Shown piece after piece: positions 1 to 9,514 of a DNA stretch of 40,502 nt. The translations under genes and the position numbers were made by a program. The notes under the pieces were generated by a model. It was not told the DNA's origin, did not search any database, and saw only the letters and a program-made list of their open reading frames with translations. Each line of letters begins with the position of its first letter. The first letter of the stretch is position 1. Source of the stretch: Promethearchaeota archaeon (GTDB lineage Archaea > Asgardarchaeota > Lokiarchaeia > Sigyniarchaeales > SOKP01); contig JAEOTP010000032.1 of the NCBI GenBank assembly GCA_016839765.1, forward strand, positions 1-40,502. The letters are read 5' to 3'.

Positions 1-104
1 TAACAACCAGCCCAATCGGGATTATTAACAAATCCAATGTTATCGAAAAAATGTAAAAAATCTTCCATTAAATCTGAAGTTAAAGGTCTAATTATGATAT
101 CCAT
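1..104 (-). CDS. GNAT-family acetyltransferase, N-terminal part (runs off the left edge)
   Basis: Not in the ORF track. ATG at 104 reads MDIIIRPLTSDLMEDFLHFFDNIGFVNNPDWAGC, which resembles the 'IRPLT...FF...W.GCYC' N-terminus of a GNAT subfamily. Confidence 0.6.
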   Translation of the reverse strand, partial: MDIIIRPLTSDLMEDFLHFFDNIGFVNNPDWAGC

Positions 105-244
105 TATAATCTCACTTACTCTTAACTATTTAATTTTTATCATATTCATTAATAATTCTTATTATGATAAGTTTTAATTTCATGAACTGTAATTCCAAAG
201 AGAATGAAATTAAGATTAAAGAATTAAATAAAATCAGAGATTTA

Positions 245-1810
245 TTACTTTATAGCCCTGGTATTTACAATAGCATTTAGCATTACTTTAAGATTTTCAA
301 ACATCTGTTCTCTAAAGTCAAGACCGATTTTAAGAAATAGAATGGAAACTAACTTTTCCTCTAAATCTTCTTCGATATGGAATTGTTCCATTAGCCGAGA
401 TAAATTAATGTCATCGTTAACTCTTAATCCAACGATTATAACTCTCTTTTTTCTTATTTTTTTAATTATATCAATTAAAATGTCTTTCCATTTAGGATCA
501 ATATCTTTTTTATCCCGTGCATCAAAAATTACAAACGCACCATCTGTATTTGCAAGATTATAATTATCATAAGGAAAATTATTAATAATTAAACCATTTT
601 TATATGCATATAACTGTTCTTGAGCACTGTCTTTAATTTTTGAATATTCACCAAGTTTTTCTAACTCGGTTATAGTATGGAAACCAGGACTCCAATTCAA
701 GTTTTCAGTAATAAAGGATAATTCTAAAATAATAAGCTTTTTCAAGGTGGAAATTATGAGATCTGCTAATTCATCTTTAATCATATCTTTTTCTTTTTGC
801 TTTATTCTTAAAATATAATGATAAGCAATCAATTTAAAAGCATCTGAAACGTTGGTACCATCTAGAGCGCTCGTTTCTGTGTAAGATAATCCCTTTTCTG
901 AAAGAGCATTTGCCAAATCTTCTCCCTGTTGAAATGAAACTACTCTATGATCCTCTAAATCTGTTTTATTACCAGCGATCACCATAGGAATCTCTTCTTC
1001 TTTAATATATTCTGTTATTTCATCATACCAATTTTTAACATTATCATACGATTCGCGATTTGTGATATCATAAACAATAAAAGCTGCCTCAGCTCCAGAA
1101 TAATACAGCTTTCTGAACCTTTTAAAGTATTGCTGAGCTCCTATGTCCCATAATGTTAAATTAATTTCATTTCCTTGAAAAGTAAACGTATGGGCTAAAA
1201 TATTTAAACCGATAGTAGGTCTATAATCAAAAGCGAATTTTCGTTCTACAAATCTACGAATAATAGAGGTCTTACCAACTTCATGATCCCCAACAATAAC
1301 AAATTTAAATGAATATGCTCCTCTTTCTTCAAGATCACTAACTTGAAATATCTGTTGTTTTAGTTTTTCATGTCTGTCCACTTCCTCCTCAAAATTTGGG
1401 ATGGTTAATTGAAGTAAATCATCTTCCTGAGCGTGTAGGATCTGTGCTGACTTTTCGGCGAGGAAATAAGCATAAGGTGATATTTCGTCAATAGAGGCCA
1501 TGCTTGTCAAAACTAGGCTTAAAATTCTTTCTTGATCAATTGAAACAAATAATAATCTATATTCGTCAGTATCAAAACTAGCGGTACCAAATTTCTGAAA
1601 AGCAAATTCATTTCTTATTCTTTCAAGTACAGGATTAATTAAAGTAGTCAAGACGGAAACAATTTCAAGGTCACTGCTAATATCTTTTCTTTTTTCTCCA
1701 GCGATAATTAAACCTTCAACGTCAGATATAATAACTGCTTCCAGTTGCTGGAATCTATCTAAAAAACTACTTAATAACTCACGAAAAAGTTTATTCCTTT
1801 TAATTACCAA
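245..1810 (-). CDS. Roadblock/LC7-like domain + Rab-like small GTPase + C-terminal degenerate GTPase-like domain
   Basis: N-terminal 'LEAVIISDVEGLIIA' roadblock pattern. G1 GDHEVGKTS, G2 PTIG, G3 WDIGAQ, G4 NKTD, G5 ETSAL. The C-terminal ~160 aa echo the G-domain strand order. Confidence 0.85.
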   Translation of the reverse strand: MVIKRNKLFRELLSSFLDRFQQLEAVIISDVEGLIIAGEKRKDISSDLEIVSVLTTLINPVLERIRNEFAFQKFGTASFDTDEYRLLFVSIDQERILSLVLTSMASIDEISPYAYFLAEKSAQILHAQEDDLLQLTIPNFEEEVDRHEKLKQQIFQVSDLEERGAYSFKFVIVGDHEVGKTSIIRRFVERKFAFDYRPTIGLNILAHTFTFQGNEINLTLWDIGAQQYFKRFRKLYYSGAEAAFIVYDITNRESYDNVKNWYDEITEYIKEEEIPMVIAGNKTDLEDHRVVSFQQGEDLANALSEKGLSYTETSALDGTNVSDAFKLIAYHYILRIKQKEKDMIKDELADLIISTLKKLIILELSFITENLNWSPGFHTITELEKLGEYSKIKDSAQEQLYAYKNGLIINNFPYDNYNLANTDGAFVIFDARDKKDIDPKWKDILIDIIKKIRKKRVIIVGLRVNDDINLSRLMEQFHIEEDLEEKLVSILFLKIGLDFREQMFENLKVMLNAIVNTRAIK

Positions 1811-1948
1811 TTAAAGCGCCCCTTTTTTTTGATTTAGATCAATTTTAATCTTAAATTATACTTACAAATAATATAGCAACCCATATTTTTAAAAATGGTT
1901 ATTTATTAATCATTACTATCTACAGAAAAAGAAGGATATAAAATAGTT

Positions 1949-3517
1949 CTAACTTAAATCTTTGATTGTATTTAACATTACTTCCAGCTGATCATAGATT
2001 TCAAGGCGATATTCAATACCAATTTTAAAAAATAACAAAGAAATCATTTTATTCTCTATATATTTATTTATATTAAATTCTTCCAATATTTGAGACCAAT
2101 CACTTGCTTCAGATACTCTAATTCCTATTAGGGCTACTTTATTCTCAGTAATGTTATTTATAATATTTATCACAGTTTCTTTCCATTTTGGTTCAATATG
2201 CTCCTTTTCTCGGGCATCAAAAATTATAAATACTCCATCTGAATCAGAAATATCAATATTATCAAAGAGAAAATTCTTTATAACTAAACCATTTGAATAT
2301 TCATATACTCTCCTATCTTTATCATCTTTTACTTTCTCACAATCACATAGTTTATTAATTTCTGTTAAAATTTGTAATCCTGGACTCCAAAGAGGATTTT
2401 CAGTGATAAAAGAAATTACAAGTTTTTCATTTTTATCTAATATTGAATTTAATATATTCATCAAATCTAGCTTTAAACGTTGTTCCTCTATTTCTATACT
2501 TCTCATAATATAATGGTAAGCTATTAAATTAAAAGCATCTTCTATACTTTCTCCAGTTAACGCACTTGTTTCAATAAATGAAATTCCTCCCTCATATTGA
2601 CCACTTGCTAATTCACTTGTTAATTTTACACCATCTTCATAGCTTATTACTCTCTGGTTAGTTAAATCAATTTTATTTCCAATAATGACAATCGGTAATT
2701 GTTTATTCTCTAAGATTTTTCTTAATTCATAATACCAATCTTTTACATGGATGTAGGATTCTTGGTTTGTTACATCAAACACAATAAATCCTGCTTGGGC
2801 ACCAGAATAATAAGTTTTGCGGAATCTTTTAAAAAATTCTTGGGCACCCAGATCCCAAAAATTAAATGTAACTTGATTACCATAAGATTTAATACTATGA
2901 CTCATTATATTTAATCCTAGAGTAGGACGATAATCAAATGAAAATTTCTTTTCTACAAATTGTCGAATTATCGATGTTTTACCTACTTCATGATCACCGA
3001 TAAATATACATTTAAATTTATACTTACCACCTGAATCTAGTCTCATTTGATATATTTGTTCTTTTATCCTACCAGAATTTTCAGAGAGACTTACCTCAAC
3101 TTCAAAATTCGGTATTGTTAATTGAATGAGGTCTCCCTCTTTTGCATTTAATATTTGGGCAGTCTTCTCCGCTAGAAAATAACCATAGGGACTAACTTTA
3201 TCAATTGAACCTAGAGTATTTAGAACTATACTTAAAGTTGTAGTCTCATCAATGGAGATAAACAGCAATCGATAATTCTCAGTATCAAAGCTTGCAGTTC
3301 CAAATTTCTTAAAGGCGAATTCGTCCCTCATACGTTCTAAAATAGGTTGGATTAATCCAGTTAGAACCGACACTAATTCCAGATCTACACTAACTTTCTT
3401 CTCTCCCGCGATTACAAACCCTTCATGATCAGAAACAATCACTGCTTCGAGATCATCATCAATTTCCAAGAATTTGGTATATAATTCTTTGAAGAGTGGA
3501 TCAATATTTATTGCCAT
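1949..3517 (-). CDS. Paralogous roadblock + Rab-like GTPase + degenerate GTPase-like domain protein
   Basis: Colinear with 245..1810 over its full length: LEAVIVSDHEG, GDHEVGKTS, PTLG, WDLGAQ, NKID, ETSAL, DGVFIIFDARE. Confidence 0.85.
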   Translation of the reverse strand: MAINIDPLFKELYTKFLEIDDDLEAVIVSDHEGFVIAGEKKVSVDLELVSVLTGLIQPILERMRDEFAFKKFGTASFDTENYRLLFISIDETTTLSIVLNTLGSIDKVSPYGYFLAEKTAQILNAKEGDLIQLTIPNFEVEVSLSENSGRIKEQIYQMRLDSGGKYKFKCIFIGDHEVGKTSIIRQFVEKKFSFDYRPTLGLNIMSHSIKSYGNQVTFNFWDLGAQEFFKRFRKTYYSGAQAGFIVFDVTNQESYIHVKDWYYELRKILENKQLPIVIIGNKIDLTNQRVISYEDGVKLTSELASGQYEGGISFIETSALTGESIEDAFNLIAYHYIMRSIEIEEQRLKLDLMNILNSILDKNEKLVISFITENPLWSPGLQILTEINKLCDCEKVKDDKDRRVYEYSNGLVIKNFLFDNIDISDSDGVFIIFDAREKEHIEPKWKETVINIINNITENKVALIGIRVSEASDWSQILEEFNINKYIENKMISLLFFKIGIEYRLEIYDQLEVMLNTIKDLS

Positions 3518-3642
3518 CGTAAATCCTCAAGAGTAATGAATATTATTATCATATTAGAATGTAATATAAACATGGATAATGTTAAACAACATAAACTTAA
3601 AAATAGTAATTTTATATTTTATTAAAGCGTTTTCGGATTCTA

Positions 3643-4215
3643 ATGGTTAATTGTATTATCTGTCATTTGGGAATGAATGAAGTTGAGAGTTTTCAAGAAT
3701 GCCCAAATGGTCATCCGACTCATAGTGATTGTTTACGAGAATGGTTACTCCACTCTTCAAACTGCCCATTGTGTAATGAGCCATACCCTCAAATTATTAT
3801 CGACAAATTCAAAACTTATATTAACAAGAAGGAATTGGAAGATCAAAAAGCATTTGAAGAGGAACGCAAAAAAGAAACGGTAGAAAAAATAGAAAAGGTT
3901 ACTGATCAAATTGCATTTATGAAATTTACTGAATCTATTGACATTTTGATTGAACAAAAAGAATATGATTATGCATTCTCTAGATTAGAAATGCATAATG
4001 AACAAAATATATCGACCGAGAAAGGCAGGATGATTACTTTTCTTAAAGGTAAATTAAATTATTTAAAAGGCAGATATGATTTAGCAATCAACTTTTTGTT
4101 TAAATTAGTCAAGGAAAAATTTGATTATCCTGAAGGATTTCTTTATCTTGGTAAAGCATATGAGGCGCTTGGATTAGCTGATAAAGCACAATGGGCTTAT
4201 GAAAGAGTTAAATAA
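3643..4215 (+). CDS. RING-H2 finger + coiled coil + TPR protein (putative E3 ligase)
   Basis: C-x2-C-x12-C-x3-H-x2-H-x2-C-x3-W-x6-C-P-x-C, followed by TPR helices (FLKGKLNYLKGRYDLA; LYLGKAYEALGLADKA). Confidence 0.8.
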   Translation: MVNCIICHLGMNEVESFQECPNGHPTHSDCLREWLLHSSNCPLCNEPYPQIIIDKFKTYINKKELEDQKAFEEERKKETVEKIEKVTDQIAFMKFTESIDILIEQKEYDYAFSRLEMHNEQNISTEKGRMITFLKGKLNYLKGRYDLAINFLFKLVKEKFDYPEGFLYLGKAYEALGLADKAQWAYERVK

Positions 4216-4241
4216 GCCTCTAATTTTATAATACTTAGACG

Positions 4242-5636
4242 ATGAAAAATTTTTGCTTAACAATTGCAGGTTCAGATCCAACTTCTGGGGCCGGTATTCA
4301 AGCAGATATTAGAACCTTTGACAGATGTGGAGTTCATCCTTTTTCTGTTATAACAGCAATTACGTATCAATCAGCTACAAAATTCCTTGGATATAAATCT
4401 CTTTCAGATACTCTTGATTTTCAATTAGATGCTATCTTAAGCGTTTATCCGATTGAATATGTAAAAGTGGGTATGATTCCAGATGTAAAAGCACTTGACA
4501 TTATTGTTAATTTCATCAAAAGAGATAAACTATTTGTTGTATATGATCCTGTATCAATATCTAGCGTAGGAGAAAGACTTTCGAGTGAAGGATTAGAATT
4601 AGAAATTGAACGAAACCTATTTCCTCATGTGAGAGTTCTTACACCTAATCTCTCAGAGGCAGAATACTATTCTAATATGAATTTAAAAGACGTCAGAGTA
4701 GAAAACATGGATAAACTCAAGGAGTCAGCAAGGATTCTCTTAGAAAAACTATATGCTGATAAAAAAGTTAAGAATGAAGAAAAAGCGGTTGTAATTAAGA
4801 GTGTATTGAGTACTCAAAATGAAATCTATGATGTTATCAGCTTTATTAAAAAAGCAGAATTAGACTTTAACATTTTTAAAAAAAAGAAAATTTCAATTGA
4901 AAGAAATATTCACGGAACTGGATGTGTATTTTCCTCTGCTATAACGGCATTTCTTTCCAAAAATTATTCTATAATAAGAGCTATTGAAATGGCAGAGGTT
5001 TTTTTTGACGAAAAATTCCAATATTTTATTGAATTACCAGATGCAGGTCGATTACTTGATTTAACTTTCTCTGAAGAAAGATTAAAAGTTATAAATCAAA
5101 TCAAGGAAGTTTATAATTATATTTCCAATATTAAAAAATTTACACAATTAATTCCAGAAGTTAGGTTAAATATTTCATGTTCTCTACCACATGCAAAGGA
5201 TAAGTCTGAAGTTGCTGGAATAGAAGGTCGAGTAACAATCATAAACAAATTTCCAAAAGCTTCTGGTGAAATTAAATTTGGAATCTCAGATCATACTGCA
5301 AGATTAATCCTTGCTGCTAAAAAGTTTGATAATTCTATCAATTTTGTAATGAATTTAAAATATAATCCTGATTGGATATCTTTAATTCGAAATAATACGA
5401 CATTGAAATTACGTGAAATAAAAAGGGAAAAACAGCCTAAAGAAATAAAAGAGCAAGAATTTTCTACTATGCAGTGGTTAATTAAAGAGAGTATTAACGA
5501 ATCAGGAAAAATACCGGATATTATTTGGGATAAGGGATCTATAGGAAAAGAAGCTATTATCAGAGTTTTTGCTAAGGATTCAAAGGACATGATAAATAAA
5601 CTTCAAAATATTATAGAATTGATTGAAGATCACTAG
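4242..5636 (+). CDS. thiDN: Bifunctional HMP(-P) kinase / thiamine-phosphate synthase ThiD-ThiN
   Basis: ThiD motifs TIAGSDPTSGAGIQAD, VKVGM, TPNLSEA and HGTGC; ThiN motifs LIPEVRLN, FGISDH and PDIIWDKG.GKEA.IR. Confidence 0.92.
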   Translation: MKNFCLTIAGSDPTSGAGIQADIRTFDRCGVHPFSVITAITYQSATKFLGYKSLSDTLDFQLDAILSVYPIEYVKVGMIPDVKALDIIVNFIKRDKLFVVYDPVSISSVGERLSSEGLELEIERNLFPHVRVLTPNLSEAEYYSNMNLKDVRVENMDKLKESARILLEKLYADKKVKNEEKAVVIKSVLSTQNEIYDVISFIKKAELDFNIFKKKKISIERNIHGTGCVFSSAITAFLSKNYSIIRAIEMAEVFFDEKFQYFIELPDAGRLLDLTFSEERLKVINQIKEVYNYISNIKKFTQLIPEVRLNISCSLPHAKDKSEVAGIEGRVTIINKFPKASGEIKFGISDHTARLILAAKKFDNSINFVMNLKYNPDWISLIRNNTTLKLREIKREKQPKEIKEQEFSTMQWLIKESINESGKIPDIIWDKGSIGKEAIIRVFAKDSKDMINKLQNIIELIEDH

Positions 5637-5677
5637 GAAAATATTAAAAATAAAAAAAAAAGATAATTAGTTATAAA

Positions 5678-7576
5678 TTATAATGATGAACCTACAACAG
5701 TTGCAGTTGTTAAGAACCAAACAGTGATGACTGCTGCAAATATTGATCCAAGATATATCTTTCCCGTCTTACGGAAGAAATAAACCATCAAGAAATAGAT
5801 TAAGACAGATAGAGGTATTACTCCCATCAGCTGGAGAGGCATTATAGGATTAAAGTCCCAACCTTCAAATATATAATTTGCACCGAATACAGGTCCTAGA
5901 TATTGAATTAGAAAAACAACCAACAACCCAGTCAACATGGCAAAACAAGCTTTGATCGTCCAAATTATCTGAGTTTTATTAGGTGAGCTGGCCTCTTTTT
6001 GTCGAATTTCTGCAAATAAAAACACTCCACCATTTATGAGGAAAAATGGTAAAAATATTGGTAAATAAAGCAAGAATATCCAGAAACGCTCGATTGTAAA
6101 CATTTTCATAAAAGACCAGAAGATTCTAAATTCAATCATGAACCAAGTTTGGAAGATACTAACTAATAGATACAACCAAAAGAAAAGGATCATAACTATT
6201 AATAAGGTCTTTCCGAATATTCGCCAGTATGGTTTGCTCTTAAGGTTTTTTCCGAAACTATCTTCTCCATAGGTGGCCGCTAAATCATATAGTTTAATTC
6301 TATCTCTACCAGTATAATGGGAGATAAGTGCCCATACGATCACTAATGCTCCAGCGATAACTGCAGAGATGAGATAAAATCCAAGGAAATTATTCATCAT
6401 TCCCATTACAAGTGGGCTTGACGGGGAAGCTTGAAAGCCCCAATCCAAATCTGTGTGAGTGAAAAAGATATATACTACTCCTGCAATCGCTGCATTTACG
6501 GCAGCAACCGTCCACCACATCCATTTTTTCGTTGTAATCATGCTCACACGTGTAGGCATTGGTTGTGCGACTTCACTAAAATATTTTCTTGACATTAACC
6601 ATTGATATAAGAAGATCATTGAAATAAAGCTAAAAAGTAGAGCAATACCGCTGAAAATCTCCCCACCCAAGTAAAATTGACCTAAAGCAGCAACAGTATT
6701 CCAAGCCTCAGATTCATTGTATCCCTTTAAAGCTTGCAACATCCAAGCAACAGATTCTTGTTGGCATCCTAAATCCATAGTTAAACCAGGGTGAGTGGTG
6801 CCTCGAACTAAATGTTCTCGATAAGCATTACCAACTGAGAAGTCACCGTAAGTTGTATCTACTTCACCCGGCACCCCAGGACCTAATCCTGCATTTATTC
6901 CAGTAACGATTAATCCTTGTTCGATAACTTCATCCACCGTCATATCTGCAGTGATATTATTTGGTCCAACTATAGTCAAGTCAACAGTATACCATTCTTC
7001 GTATTCTGCCCATAAATGCAAAACATTTCTATGGACGAAAAAGTTTTGAAGACAAGGTGGGAATGTTTCAAAAATTGAAGCATTAGGAGCATACACATCT
7101 GCAGGAAAACCGTATAGTGGAAAATAAAAAGCAGATACATAGCCCATCGAATGACCATATACACCCATTCCTCCATCAACAAAAGATTGTCTTGCTAGCC
7201 AAACATAAGCCGTGCTGGCGCCTTCAATTTGAGTGGTAGTGGTAAATAACCCTTCAGAATCGCCATGACCTATTTGATCAATTGTCAAAACCACAAATCC
7301 AGCCCGTGCTAGTTCTAGAGCAGTTCCTCGTTGCACGTCCTTATCGTTATTATATCCATGGATACCAAGAATTCCAGGAGCAGGATTAGTATCATTTACG
7401 CCAATTGGTCGATATAGTTTCCCCACGATTTTTGTTCCATCGGTATGTGTTATTGCTACTTCCTGAATGTCAATAGTTCCAAAATTTGTTTGAAATCCAT
7501 AAGCCATAATTCCTGAAAAAAATACAATCACAACTGCAATAAAGAAAAATAGTCTAGTTTTTACTTCTTTTTCCAT
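5678..7576 (-). CDS. Membrane-anchored alpha/beta-hydrolase with a multi-TM C-terminal domain
   Basis: N-terminal TM, HGY oxyanion motif, GHGDS, nucleophile elbow GHSMG, and about 8 hydrophobic segments in the C-terminal half. Confidence 0.8.
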   Translation of the reverse strand: MEKEVKTRLFFFIAVVIVFFSGIMAYGFQTNFGTIDIQEVAITHTDGTKIVGKLYRPIGVNDTNPAPGILGIHGYNNDKDVQRGTALELARAGFVVLTIDQIGHGDSEGLFTTTTQIEGASTAYVWLARQSFVDGGMGVYGHSMGYVSAFYFPLYGFPADVYAPNASIFETFPPCLQNFFVHRNVLHLWAEYEEWYTVDLTIVGPNNITADMTVDEVIEQGLIVTGINAGLGPGVPGEVDTTYGDFSVGNAYREHLVRGTTHPGLTMDLGCQQESVAWMLQALKGYNESEAWNTVAALGQFYLGGEIFSGIALLFSFISMIFLYQWLMSRKYFSEVAQPMPTRVSMITTKKWMWWTVAAVNAAIAGVVYIFFTHTDLDWGFQASPSSPLVMGMMNNFLGFYLISAVIAGALVIVWALISHYTGRDRIKLYDLAATYGEDSFGKNLKSKPYWRIFGKTLLIVMILFFWLYLLVSIFQTWFMIEFRIFWSFMKMFTIERFWIFLLYLPIFLPFFLINGGVFLFAEIRQKEASSPNKTQIIWTIKACFAMLTGLLVVFLIQYLGPVFGANYIFEGWDFNPIMPLQLMGVIPLSVLIYFLMVYFFRKTGKIYLGSIFAAVITVWFLTTATVVGSSL

Positions 7577-7687
7577 AATAACACCGGTTAATTTTTTTAA
7601 TTAAATTTCTTCTTTTTCCTTAAAAAAAAAGAAGTCAATTTGTAATTTGAGAATTATATATATAATAGTTTCGTTAATGAAAAAAAA

Positions 7688-7873
7688 GATATAAAAGAAC
7701 ACGATTTTTCTACTATGGAGTGGTTAATTAAGGAAAGTATTAACAAAATTGGAAAAATTCCTGATATTCTATGGGATAAAGGGTCAGTAGGAAAAGAAGC
7801 AATGATAAGGTTATTTAGTAAAAATTCAAAAGAAATGATTAAGAAACTTAAAAAAATTATTAATTTGATTTAG
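7688..7873 (+). pseudogene. Orphan, diverged copy of the thiDN 3' end (about 61 codons)
   Basis: Reads DIKEHDFSTMEWLIKESINKIGKIPDILWDKGSVGKEAMIRLFSKNSKEMIKKLKKIINLI*, versus EIKEQEFSTMQWLIKESINESGKIPDIIWDKGSIGKEAIIRVFAKDSKDMINKLQNIIELI at 5442-5624. Confidence 0.9.
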
Positions 7874-7971
7874 AGTTTAATTTTCTTAGAATACTAGATT
7901 TAAAAAAAAAAGAGTTTTAGTTATAAAATTATTCACTCTAAGATTTATTACCGAACAGACTTAATGGCATG

Positions 7972-8003
7972 TTTTGGTAAAGATTGATTAATTTTTACCA
8001 AAA
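7972..8003. repeat. Inverted repeat downstream of thiC (hairpin or protein-binding site)
   Basis: TTTTGGTAAA-N12-TTTACCAAAA. Confidence 0.4.
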
Positions 8004-8048
8004 ATTGAATAATCAAGGTAAAATAATCTATATATACTTTTTCAATGG

Positions 8049-9362
8049 TTAAAATTCTTTTTTTAAGGCTTTTTTGTCTAAAGCATCTTTTAGAAGCTTA
8101 ATCGCACAAAATTCTCCGCACATACTACACACATCATCATCAATATTGCCATTTCTATAATGAGTTTCCCTCGAGAGATCGGGATCTATTGATTGCTTTA
8201 TCATTTCTTCCCAATCAAGATTTTTTCGCGCAAGGTCCATCTTATAATCCCAGTTTGAAGCTTTTTTACCATATTTAGCAATATTCACCGCATGAGCGGC
8301 TATTTTAGACGCAATAACACCTCTTTTTACTTCATCCTTATTTGGAAGTGCTAAATGTTCAGAGGGAGTGACGTAACATAAATAATCAGCACCTGCTAAC
8401 CCAGCAAGTACACCACCAATGGCACTAACAAGATGATCATAACCAGGAGCTATATCTGTGACCAATGGTCCCAATACGTAAAATGGCGCCCCATCACATA
8501 CAGATTTCATAATTTTAATATTTCTTTCAATTTCATGTGCAGGAATATGACCAGGCCCTTCAACCATAACTTGGACATTTTTATCTCTAGCTCGTTTAAC
8601 TAATTTCGATATTTCCATTAACTCTTGAACCTGAGCGTAATCTGTTGAATCAAAAATACAGCCAGGACGCATACCATCTCCAAGGGAAAGTGTAAAATCA
8701 TATTCTGTAGCCATTTCAAGTAAATAATCATAATTTTTATTAAAAGGGTTCTCCAAATCATTTTCGAGTATCCAAGCTGCCAAAAAGGTTCCACCACGCG
8801 ACACCACTCCCATGTGTCTTGGATGTTGTCTTAAATAATTAACTATCTCTTTAGTTACTCCTACATGTATGGTAAAGAAATCTACTCCTTCTTTAGCTTG
8901 TTCTTTAACTACATTAAATAAATCATCTTCATCAAAATTAATAATTGCCCCTTTTTTTTCAATAGCTCGTAAGGCAGATTGGTAAATAGGTACAGTGCCT
9001 ATAGGAATTTTTGTTTCGCTCAGTATTAAACTTCGAATTTTTTTAACATCTTCTTCAGTTACTCCAGTACTTAAATCCATAACTGTATCTGCTCCATACT
9101 TGACAGCTATTTTCGCTTTCTCTACTTCTCCTTGAATATCACACACTCTTTTACTTGAACCAATATTTGCATTAATTTTCACTAATAAGCCTTCTCCAAT
9201 TCCTAAAGGATCTGTGTCTCGTTGATTCGATTTAGGAATGATTATCCGACCGTTTGCTATGCCTCGTCTTATGAATTCTGATTCAACTTGTTCATTTTTG
9301 GCAACAATTTCCATTTCTTTAGTAATTCTGCCTTCTTTAGCATTTCTCACTAATGTAGTCAA
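8049..9362 (-). CDS. thiC: Phosphomethylpyrimidine synthase ThiC
   Basis: KINANIG, GADTVMDLS, VSRGG, SLGDGMRPG, EGPGH, GYDH, TPSEHL and the C-terminal CSMCGEFC cluster motif; adjacent to thiDN. Confidence 0.95.
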   Translation of the reverse strand: MTTLVRNAKEGRITKEMEIVAKNEQVESEFIRRGIANGRIIIPKSNQRDTDPLGIGEGLLVKINANIGSSKRVCDIQGEVEKAKIAVKYGADTVMDLSTGVTEEDVKKIRSLILSETKIPIGTVPIYQSALRAIEKKGAIINFDEDDLFNVVKEQAKEGVDFFTIHVGVTKEIVNYLRQHPRHMGVVSRGGTFLAAWILENDLENPFNKNYDYLLEMATEYDFTLSLGDGMRPGCIFDSTDYAQVQELMEISKLVKRARDKNVQVMVEGPGHIPAHEIERNIKIMKSVCDGAPFYVLGPLVTDIAPGYDHLVSAIGGVLAGLAGADYLCYVTPSEHLALPNKDEVKRGVIASKIAAHAVNIAKYGKKASNWDYKMDLARKNLDWEEMIKQSIDPDLSRETHYRNGNIDDDVCSMCGEFCAIKLLKDALDKKALKKEF

Positions 9363-9514
9363 ATCTATAGCCCCACTACAAGTTTATTGATATTACTATC
9401 TCTATGTTAAAGTAATTATTGTAGAATTAAATTGTTTTGTTTATTAAAAATAATCCTCTAAAATACTATCAAAGAATATGGGTTATAAATATGATTTCTA
9501 TCAAGGATCTATAA

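Noticed and set aside
342-2513. Plus-strand ORFs 342..563 and 2151..2513, which resemble each other
   Set aside because: They are antisense shadows of the two paralogous GTPase genes; the similarity follows from the sense-strand homology.
7677-7694. ATG at 7677 as the start of the thiN fragment
   Set aside because: Out of frame with the fragment and stops at TAA 7692-7694, unless the A-run has a one-base error.
9363-9514. Possible TPP riboswitch upstream of thiC
   Set aside because: Very AT-rich, with no GCTGAGA or other TPP aptamer core on the coding strand.
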